A stretch of DNA of 22,307 bases from Gemmatimonadota bacterium. GTDB taxonomy: Bacteria; Gemmatimonadota; Gemmatimonadetes; Gemmatimonadales; GWC2-71-9. Positions 15,132-22,307 of this stretch are shown here, one piece after another. The stretch lies in contig JAZDCY010000077.1 of NCBI GenBank assembly GCA_036679645.1, positions 1 to 22,307 on the forward strand. The letters are read 5' to 3'. Below the pieces are notes generated by a model, which ran no database searches, was not told where the DNA came from, and saw only the letters and a list, made by a program, of their open reading frames with translations. The stretch's first letter is position 1. Every line of letters begins with the position of its first letter. The position numbers and the translations under genes are program-made.

Positions 15132-15575
15132 TCAGGAGGCAGGCCGCCGTTGTGCCAGCCAGTAGTCCAGCGACAGTCGGTCATCGGACGCGGGCATCAC
15201 GAGCAGGAACAGCAGCAGCGCGGTTCGAGGAATCACGTGCGTGTGGAACTCGTGCAACGGCTCGGCCAGGAGGTGGCCGAACGTGACGAGGACGAGCACG
15301 CCACCCAACGCAAGCAGGGCCGGTCGTTTCCAGAGGCCAAGCAGGAGTAGAGCCCCAGCCACCAATTCGACGAACGGCACTACCGTACCCGTCGCCCAGA
15401 GCGCCCACACGGGCAGGAACGTGTCGGCGTAGGGGCCGATAAACCAGCGCCTGGCGTGTTCTAGCGGGCCGAGGGTAAACACCTTCCAGATCCCGGCCAT
15501 GAAAAAGATGAGACCCAGGATCAGTCGGGCGATGAGGATTGCCCAGGTTCGGTTGGGGATTCTCGCAAACGGCAT
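15132..15575 (-). CDS. DoxX family membrane protein
   Basis: ARLILGLIFFMAGIWKV, PFVELVAGALLLLGLWKR, SLD near the C-terminus; four TM segments. Confidence 0.9.
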   Translation of the reverse strand: MPFARIPNRTWAILIARLILGLIFFMAGIWKVFTLGPLEHARRWFIGPYADTFLPVWALWATGTVVPFVELVAGALLLLGLWKRPALLALGGVLVLVTFGHLLAEPLHEFHTHVIPRTALLLFLLVMPASDDRLSLDYWLAQRRPAS

Positions 15576-15593
15576 GGAGTCGTTGTCTTTTCG

Positions 15594-17594
15594 CTACGTA
15601 CGTTCCCATACGTTGTTGCCGCGATCGGTGTCCGGGAAGACCTCCGCGGCATCCAGTTCGACCTTGATGACGTTCGCGACAGGCACACGTACCTCCGCGG
15701 TCCGCGCTCCATCGAGCCAGTGGTTCACCGGAACTTCCCGCTCCAGCGTCTCGCCATTGGCCGTTGTGATCGTGAGCCGTGCCGGCATGGGGGCCCTGCC
15801 GAGGTCCTCGATGACGATAACGGTCTCGTCCCCGTCGACGTGGACGTCGGCAATCGATTGATCCAGCGTCCACGTCTCGTAGTACCACGTGCGCCAGAAC
15901 CAGTCGAGATTCTGGCCGCTCACGTCGCTGAACGTGTTGAACATGTCCCACGGCTTGGGATGCTTGAAGGCCCACCGGTCGATGTACGCATGGTACGCCC
16001 GCGCGAACATCTCCTCGCCCAACAGGCCGCGCAGCGTCCACAGCATCGTTGCAGGCTTGCTGTATGACGCCGTCCCGTACGCCCAGCCGTTCGTGTGGTA
16101 GTCCGACCAGGTCATGATCGGGCCTTCGTTGTCGCTTCGCGTGATCCCGATGTAACCGCGGTAGTCCCCGAGATCCCAGCGACGACCCGCATAGAACTCG
16201 TTCTCGGCGGCGCTCCCGTTGAACGACGTGGTACCCTCGTCCATCCACGCCATCCGGCGTTCGTCGTTTCCGACCGTCATGGGGACCCACATGTGAGCCA
16301 GCTCGTGCGCGACGACGCTATAGAGCGCCGTGTCCCCGGCCTGCGTGAACCCGCCGATCAGCGTCATCATTGGGTACTCCATGCCGCCGCCCGTGATGTC
16401 GTCGCCCTCGACGGCGGTCATGTGGGGCCAAGCATACGGGAACCCGGTCCACCGCGACAGGAAATCGATCGAGTGTTGCGCGTAGCGCCACGCGTGCTCC
16501 CAGCGCGGTGCAGTCGCCCGGTAGATTGCGTCGACACGGACATAGTCGGTGGCGCCGTCACCGTTGCGGTCACCGACGGGCGTCCGCGCGGCATCCCACA
16601 TCGACTCACGCGAGATGCTGTACGCAACGTCGCGCACCGAGTCAGCTACGAAGTGCCACGTCAGATACCCAGACTCGGTGTCGCGCGTCGCCTTGCCAGG
16701 GCCGAAGTCGTCCGCCGTGAGTACGTGCACGACGTCATCACTCGTTTCGGCGCGCCGCAACCGGGCCACGATCTCGCTCGGCATCGTCTCGTCGGCGTTA
16801 ACGAGCCGACCCGTGCCCATCGTCACCCACCCCTCGGGCAGTTCCAGCGTGACGTCGTAGCTGCCGTAGCCCATGTAGAACTCGGCATTCCCGAGAAAAT
16901 CGTCAACCTGCCAACCGCCGATGTCGTCGAATACGGCCATCTGCGGATACCAGTACGCCAGGTAGAAGAGGTTGTCGCGGCTCCACCCCATGCGCCCGCC
17001 CGCGCCGGCCTGCGGGATGTTGAACGCAAAGTTGATGTCCAGAATTGCCGAGTCGCCGCTTGCCAGCGGCGTGGGAGGGATCAGTTGCAACGTCGTACCC
17101 GAAACGATGTACCCACGACGCCCCGCGCGGGCGTCCCGGATCGTGACGGAATCCAGTGCCGTTCTATCCACCGCGAGGCGCGTGATCTCCATCCCGTCGG
17201 TGACTTCCTCGGGCCGGTTTCGGACGGCGCCTTCCCTATGGACGTTCTGGATCAACTGCAAGGCGAGTACTGGGAGCCGCTGGCCTGATCGGTTGTGATA
17301 CACGATCTGCACGGTGCCCGCGAGACGTTTCTGCTCGGCGTCGAGCCGGGCGTGGATCGTGTAGTTCGTCCACTGCTGCCAGTAGTTCGTGCCCGGCGCA
17401 CCCGTGGGACTACGGGTGCCGTTCTCGATGGCCTGCTGGAATGCGCGGGGAACGTCTACCGGATATGGAATGGGACGCCGGTCCTGCCATGACTGTGCCA
17501 TGAGCGTTGATGCGCCGCAGAGGATGAAGGACGCCACCAGCACGGATACGGGATTTCGCACGGAATGCCTCGGGAGTGAGCTATGAGTATTCAT
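15594..17594 (-). CDS. secreted M1 family metallo-aminopeptidase
   Basis: GGMEYP exopeptidase motif, HELAH...WMDEG (HExxH-x18-E), YWQQ, WYPQM, FKHP; signal peptide ending TLMA|Q. ATG 17594 is preferred because 17813 overlaps a small gene. Confidence 0.93.
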   Translation of the reverse strand: MNTHSSLPRHSVRNPVSVLVASFILCGASTLMAQSWQDRRPIPYPVDVPRAFQQAIENGTRSPTGAPGTNYWQQWTNYTIHARLDAEQKRLAGTVQIVYHNRSGQRLPVLALQLIQNVHREGAVRNRPEEVTDGMEITRLAVDRTALDSVTIRDARAGRRGYIVSGTTLQLIPPTPLASGDSAILDINFAFNIPQAGAGGRMGWSRDNLFYLAYWYPQMAVFDDIGGWQVDDFLGNAEFYMGYGSYDVTLELPEGWVTMGTGRLVNADETMPSEIVARLRRAETSDDVVHVLTADDFGPGKATRDTESGYLTWHFVADSVRDVAYSISRESMWDAARTPVGDRNGDGATDYVRVDAIYRATAPRWEHAWRYAQHSIDFLSRWTGFPYAWPHMTAVEGDDITGGGMEYPMMTLIGGFTQAGDTALYSVVAHELAHMWVPMTVGNDERRMAWMDEGTTSFNGSAAENEFYAGRRWDLGDYRGYIGITRSDNEGPIMTWSDYHTNGWAYGTASYSKPATMLWTLRGLLGEEMFARAYHAYIDRWAFKHPKPWDMFNTFSDVSGQNLDWFWRTWYYETWTLDQSIADVHVDGDETVIVIEDLGRAPMPARLTITTANGETLEREVPVNHWLDGARTAEVRVPVANVIKVELDAAEVFPDTDRGNNVWERT

Positions 17595-17704
17595 CGAAGA
17601 GCGAGGGAAGGGGAGAAGGGACGTTGTATTTCGCCAGGCCCGTTCGTCGTGCGCGCCTCCGCGCAAGATCACGAGCGCGCCCACGCTCGATTGCAGGTCG
17701 TAGG

Positions 17705-17866
17705 TCAGGACAGGTATGTCGTAGAGATTCGACGCCCGACGTAGACGCCCACCGCGGTACCCACGATGGAAAGCATGAACGCCGTCATGAATCCCACGAG
17801 CGAGCCAAGCCACCAGCCAACGGTTCCGCCAATGAAGGCGCCGAGAAACGAGAGCAGTTTGGACAC
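17705..17866 (-). CDS. small Gly-rich two-TM membrane protein (53 aa)
   Basis: From GTG 17866: MSKLLSFLGAFIGGTVGWWLGSLVGFMTAFMLSIVGTAVGVYVGRRISTTYLS; GxxxG motifs; starts 2 nt after the VanZ stop. Confidence 0.8.
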   Translation of the reverse strand: MSKLLSFLGAFIGGTVGWWLGSLVGFMTAFMLSIVGTAVGVYVGRRISTTYLS

Positions 17867-17868
17867 GG

Positions 17869-18252
17869 TCAGAGATGGTCGCTGGCGACCAACGCCTTGC
17901 GAAGCCGGAGGACGGTTAGCCAAACGAGGCTCCCCGCTACGGCCCCGATCGCATCGGCCACGAGATCCCAGCCGGATGCAGATCGCTGCGGAACGGCAGC
18001 CTGTATGGCCTCGAGCCCGGCGCCGATCGCCACTATGGAGAATAACAGGGCCGTACGACCGCGAGGAGTGGCTGCCAGCGGCATGCCGATCAGGGCCATC
18101 AGCGCGTAGGCGCCGAAGTGGACCAGCTTGTCACTCACGCCGGCCGGCATCTCGGGTTCGCTGGGGGCGAGGCTGAGCAGCACGATGAAGGCTGCGTACG
18201 CCACAAAAACGATGCGCAGGGTTGAGAGGGCAAGACTCCTGGTACCTATCAT
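17869..18252 (-). CDS. VanZ family membrane protein
   Basis: LSLAP, DKLVHFGAYALM, GAGLEAIQAAVPQRSASGWDLVADAIG. Start ATG 18252. Confidence 0.9.
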   Translation of the reverse strand: MIGTRSLALSTLRIVFVAYAAFIVLLSLAPSEPEMPAGVSDKLVHFGAYALMALIGMPLAATPRGRTALLFSIVAIGAGLEAIQAAVPQRSASGWDLVADAIGAVAGSLVWLTVLRLRKALVASDHL

Positions 18253-18266
18253 CGCCTGTCTTCGCG

Positions 18267-20267
18267 CTACCGGTCGCTCGCCGGCCGACCGGTCCACGTG
18301 TTGTTCCCGCGATCTATGTCGGGTAACCGTCCGTCGGGGTCGATGGTCACCCGTACGGGGATCGTCTCGTCATCCAGTGTCACGCTCACGAAGTCGCCGC
18401 GAATCCAGATCTCCACCGGCAGGGTGCGTTGGTAGGTGTGCCCGCCGGAAGATGTTATCTCGATGTCGACCGGCATCACGAGTCCCTCGCGGTTCGAGAT
18501 GTGTACCTGCAGACCGCCCTCCGCGGTCGCCGTCACGGAATCGATCGCCTGGTCCAACACGTCGCTCGTGTAGAACCACCCGCGCCAGAACCAACTCAGG
18601 TCTTCGCCGGACACCTCTTCTATTGTGCGGAAGAAATCCGCCGGCTTGGGATGCTTGAACGCCCACTCATCTATGTAGGTGCGGAAAGCGGTGTCGAACC
18701 GGTCCTCACCCAGAATCACCTCGCGCAGCAGAATGAGCCCAAACCCGGGCTTGCGATAGCCCATGAAGCCCAATCCGTCGCGCCGCAGCGCGTCGGGGTA
18801 TGTCATGATCGGCTGGTCGGCGATCGGTTCCTGCATGCGACCGGCGACGAACCCCGCGCTGGTGCGTTGCGTGCGCGCCGCCGACTCACCGTAGAAGGCG
18901 AGGTTCGAGTAGTGGTTGATGAACGTGTTGAACCCCTCGTCCATCCACGCGTAGCGCCGCTCGTCACTGCCTACTACCATGGGGAACCACGTATGGCCGA
19001 ACTCGTGGTCGGTGACGCCAAAGAGTCCCTGACCGCGCGCGCGGACCGAACAGAACACGATGCCCGGGTACTCCATGCCGCCGACAGTGCCCGCGACGTT
19101 GACCGCGCTGCGGTACGGATAGCGGTACCACTTGGTGGAATAATGGGAGATGGTGTGGCGCATGTACTGCGTGGACTCTTCCCAGCCGGGACGTTGGGAG
19201 TTACCGATGCCCTCCATGGGATATGCAGATTGGAGCAGCACGTCCTCCCAGCCCGCAGCGTCCCAGATGAAAGCCCGTGAGGCGGCCCAGGAGAAGTCCC
19301 GCGCGTGCTCGATCCGGAAGTGCCAGGTGAGTGGACCGTCTCCGGCCGGCCGGCTTGCGGCGGTGCCGACCTCATCGGGCGCCACGATAGCCACGGTCCG
19401 TTCGCTGGTGCGGGCGCGCTCGAGTCGTTGTTGTTGCTCCGCGGTTAGCACGGCTTCCGGGTTTTGCAGCGCGCCGCTCGCGACGACGATGATGTCGCGC
19501 GGGACCGTGATCTGCACGTCGAAGTCGCCGTACTCCAGGTAGAACTCGCCCTGCCCGAGGTACGGCATGGGGTTCCAGCCTTCTACGTCGTCATACACGT
19601 ACATGCGGGGATACCATTGGGCGAGTTCGTACACCCACCCTTCGCCCGTACGCAGACGCCCCATGCGGTCCGCGCCGTACTCCGGAATCACGAACGACCA
19701 GTCGATCTCCAACTCCAATTGGCCGCCGGCCGGCTCCATTGGCTGCGCCAGCGCGATTCGCATGCGGGTATCGTTCTCCAGGTACTCTGGCACGTAGCGC
19801 TGCCCGTTCTGGATCACCTCGACCCGGTCAAGCCGGACACCGCCTTCGGGGAACGATCCGCGCCACCGATTGCCCGAGTTCACAGCGGCGCCCCGGCTGC
19901 CGGGCGCGAACAGGTTCTGGTCGAGCTGGATCCACAGTGCGTCGAGTCGATCGGGGGAGTTGTTCGTATAGCGGATCACCTCCGAGCCCGTCACCCGGTG
20001 CTCGTCTGGGCTCAGTGTCGCGCTGATCTGGTAGTCGGCCTGCTGCTGCCAGTATCGCGGTCCTGCGTCGCCGGCAGCTGTCCGCACGTCATTCGCTTCC
20101 CGCAGCGGCAGCGGGGCGAAGATCTCCTGGTTGGTTGGCGTGACGGGCTGTTGCGGGGTCTGGCCGGCCAACGACGACGGTGCGAAGGCGCAGACGGCGA
20201 GTGCACAGACCAACGAAGGGGACGCGTAGCTAGCTGACATGACTGGGTGTTCCTGGCGGAGGTTCAT
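18267..20267 (-). CDS. secreted M1 family metallo-aminopeptidase (paralog)
   Basis: GGMEYP, HEFGH...WMDEG, YWQQQADY, QWYPRM, WAFKHP; signal peptide ending SLAG|Q. Start could be ATG 20240. Confidence 0.95.
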   Translation of the reverse strand: MNLRQEHPVMSASYASPSLVCALAVCAFAPSSLAGQTPQQPVTPTNQEIFAPLPLREANDVRTAAGDAGPRYWQQQADYQISATLSPDEHRVTGSEVIRYTNNSPDRLDALWIQLDQNLFAPGSRGAAVNSGNRWRGSFPEGGVRLDRVEVIQNGQRYVPEYLENDTRMRIALAQPMEPAGGQLELEIDWSFVIPEYGADRMGRLRTGEGWVYELAQWYPRMYVYDDVEGWNPMPYLGQGEFYLEYGDFDVQITVPRDIIVVASGALQNPEAVLTAEQQQRLERARTSERTVAIVAPDEVGTAASRPAGDGPLTWHFRIEHARDFSWAASRAFIWDAAGWEDVLLQSAYPMEGIGNSQRPGWEESTQYMRHTISHYSTKWYRYPYRSAVNVAGTVGGMEYPGIVFCSVRARGQGLFGVTDHEFGHTWFPMVVGSDERRYAWMDEGFNTFINHYSNLAFYGESAARTQRTSAGFVAGRMQEPIADQPIMTYPDALRRDGLGFMGYRKPGFGLILLREVILGEDRFDTAFRTYIDEWAFKHPKPADFFRTIEEVSGEDLSWFWRGWFYTSDVLDQAIDSVTATAEGGLQVHISNREGLVMPVDIEITSSGGHTYQRTLPVEIWIRGDFVSVTLDDETIPVRVTIDPDGRLPDIDRGNNTWTGRPASDR

Positions 20268-20289
20268 GGGGAACGATTGGCAGTCGGAC

Positions 20290-21048
20290 CTACTGTGCGG
20301 CGAAACGAAACACGATGTCGTCTGCGCCCCCGGGGGCTATCGAGACCTCCTGTTCCAGCACACCCAGGTAAGGATGCCACGCCCGAATCGTGTAGCTACC
20401 CGGCGGCACGTCACCAATCTCGAAACGGCCGTCGGCATCTACGGCAACGGTGTAAGGATGGTCGGCGGCGTAGATCCAACCTAGCATGAAGTCGTGAGCG
20501 TCGCACTCGACTCGGATACGATTGCCGCGCCGGGGCCGAATGGCGTGCGTGATCACGGGTTGTTCGGGAGGCTGACCGAAATTGAACAGGGTGCGTGAGG
20601 CGTCTCCCATCAATTCGAACGCATGGATGTTGTGTAGTACCGGGTCGGGATTGAGGACACGCAGGTCGCGACCGCGCGGAATCACCATCACGTGCGGCGT
20701 GAAACGGCACTCCTCCTGCGACAACTCGAAGGGCCTCGTTGCCCCCGGCCACGGCTTCCCCTCCTCGATCCCCACAACGGTCACGACCACGTTTCGCAGA
20801 CCTCCACCGTCTCCAAGCTCGACGTCCTTCCGTTCCCGGTAACCCATACCGCAGACTTCGACGTCCTTGGTAATGAAGAAGCGATGGGATCTCGGTACCG
20901 TTCCCTCGAACACGACCTGTCCGGTGAGCGTAGACCCGTTCTCGACAGGCCCGGCGCTATAGGCAGGCGGACGACTTTGTGCCGATAAACTCAAGGTACC
21001 GAGGAGCGTCGCGATGCTCAGACACGCGACATACCCGAGCCGGGTCAC
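20290..21048 (-). CDS. secreted cupredoxin-like protein with carboxypeptidase-regulatory-like beta-sandwich segments
   Basis: Signal peptide; TLTGQVVFEG, CRFTPHV, NPDPVLHNIH, CDAHDFM, DGRFEIGDVPPGSYTIRAWHP; GTGA overlap with the upstream gene. Confidence 0.85.
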   Translation of the reverse strand: MTRLGYVACLSIATLLGTLSLSAQSRPPAYSAGPVENGSTLTGQVVFEGTVPRSHRFFITKDVEVCGMGYRERKDVELGDGGGLRNVVVTVVGIEEGKPWPGATRPFELSQEECRFTPHVMVIPRGRDLRVLNPDPVLHNIHAFELMGDASRTLFNFGQPPEQPVITHAIRPRRGNRIRVECDAHDFMLGWIYAADHPYTVAVDADGRFEIGDVPPGSYTIRAWHPYLGVLEQEVSIAPGGADDIVFRFAAQ

Positions 21049-22307
21049 GGCTTCCTCGCAGCGGTGCCCAGGCCCGCGCCGTAGTCCGGTACCTCGATGA
21101 TCTTCACGATCTCGTGGGTCTCTGTGTCGATCACGACCACGCTACCGGTCGTGGCGTTGTCGCCCAGATCGAACCGCGGAGCGTACCGATGCGAGGCCTT
21201 GGTATGTCCTTCGGGCATCTCGAGGTTCCTGCTCGAGACGTAGGCGTAGCGCCCGTCGGGGGACACGGCGCTTCCGTGCGGTTGCGCTATACCTCGCCCC
21301 CGTACAACCGCAACGACGGCCCGCTCCGTCATGTCCACCACACTGATGCTGTTATCCCAATTGTTGCCGACGTAGACGAACCGGCCGTCGAGTGTGAACA
21401 CCGGATGCCACGGTGCGGCGCCAACCTCGATGGAGTCGATGGGCGTCATGTCCGGGATGCGGTCGAGATCGAACACGAACAGCTTGGCAGTGAGTTCGGT
21501 GCTGCCGACCATCCACCGCCCGTTGGGGGAAACCGCGAAGCCAATGAACGTGTATGGCCGGTCTCCCGCCAGATTGGTAATCTCGACGGTTTCGTCGGTC
21601 GCATCCAACACGGCAATCTGGTTCACGGCGAGACTTGCGGTGAACACGTTGTGCCCGTCGGGGGTGATCGCCAGGGCGTGCGGCCGCGGTAGGAACGTCT
21701 CCACCTCCTCCACCGACATATCACTCCGTCGGACCACGCCGAGCGCCGACGGGGGATTCACCGCCATCATGGACCGGGCGACGTAGAGCGCGTCGCCGTT
21801 GGGGTCGATGGCGAGCAGGCCCGGCCGCTCGAAGTCGAATCTGCCGACCAGCTCGTTCTCACGGGTGAACTTGAGGACAGCGTTGGCACCGATCAGGGAT
21901 ACGTACCAGTGAGAACCATCCGGTTCCACCACGATGTAGTGGGGCATGCAATCGGGCGCAAACCCCAACTCACGCATGTCGACGATCCGGATCAACAGAT
22001 TGGTCTCCATGTCGATCACGGACACCGTCGCGGCGCCCTGATTTGCCACATACAGTAGTCGCTCCGCATCGGCGAACGGGACGGCGTCCGACGGGGACCG
22101 CGCGCCCTGCTCTACCCACTCGGCGATGAGGGTCGCTTCTGCATCGCTCAGGGGATCGTTCCCCCGCTCGGCTGGGTGCGGTCCCCCCACCATCCTCGTC
22201 GTCATTCCGATCATGAGGCTCCGCGCCGCGTCGAACGGAATCACCGCAGCACCGTACCGCGAGCCGGCAACGACCTCCTCCCATGCCCCCAGATGCAGGC
22301 CGGCAGC
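21045..22307 (-). CDS. YVTN/YncE-like beta-propeller protein with an N-terminal cytochrome c-like domain; 5' end beyond the window
   Basis: The frame is open to the window edge (AAGLHLGAWEEVVAGSRYGAAVIPFDAARSLM...PLSDAEATLIAEWVEQGA), like the distal half of planctomycete-type cytochrome c; then repeats LYVANQ, VSVID, PHALAITPDG, PWHPVFTLDG, PHGSAVSPDG. CxxCH is not visible. Confidence 0.8.
   Translation of the reverse strand, partial: AAGLHLGAWEEVVAGSRYGAAVIPFDAARSLMIGMTTRMVGGPHPAERGNDPLSDAEATLIAEWVEQGARSPSDAVPFADAERLLYVANQGAATVSVIDMETNLLIRIVDMRELGFAPDCMPHYIVVEPDGSHWYVSLIGANAVLKFTRENELVGRFDFERPGLLAIDPNGDALYVARSMMAVNPPSALGVVRRSDMSVEEVETFLPRPHALAITPDGHNVFTASLAVNQIAVLDATDETVEITNLAGDRPYTFIGFAVSPNGRWMVGSTELTAKLFVFDLDRIPDMTPIDSIEVGAAPWHPVFTLDGRFVYVGNNWDNSISVVDMTERAVVAVVRGRGIAQPHGSAVSPDGRYAYVSSRNLEMPEGHTKASHRYAPRFDLGDNATTGSVVVIDTETHEIVKIIEVPDYGAGLGTAARKP

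Noticed and set aside
15594..20267. Both M1 genes being exactly 2001 nt
   Set aside because: Depends on uncertain start choices, and the sequences are clearly diverged; most likely a coincidence.
1..22307. CRISPR array, rRNA, tRNA, transposase or phage genes
   Set aside because: No regularly spaced repeats or diagnostic motifs were seen on either strand by eye.

Overview
GC-rich bacterial window, most consistent with Gemmatimonadota (inferred from the kinase type, the M1/M20 secreted peptidases and the Gln at +1 after nearly every signal peptide). Left part: truncated M20 peptidase, an ECF sigma / anti-sigma / Spy-CpxP-like triad with a divergent lipoprotein, class I fructose-bisphosphate aldolase and a membrane Ser/Thr kinase. 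The sigma gene and the lipoprotein share a twin TAAC-N17-TGTC promoter. Middle part (about 5.5-13.4 kb) looks accessory: a hairpin-dense 5' region, a tightly coupled cytoplasmic operon (Zn-ribbon protein, Zn-ribbon/helical protein, YdjI-like SPFH-SHOCT, DUF6620-like repeat protein) and five unrelated secreted proteins. Right part: CPxCG protein, single-Cys exported MsrA, DUF3052-like protein, DoxX, two paralogous M1 aminopeptidases flanking VanZ and a small membrane protein, a cupredoxin-like protein and a truncated cytochrome-c/beta-propeller protein. No rRNA, canonical tRNA, CRISPR array, transposase or integrase was seen. The best candidate for an undescribed system is the Zn-ribbon/SPFH/DUF6620 operon with its structured upstream region. 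Family calls come from motif recognition by eye, not database searches.
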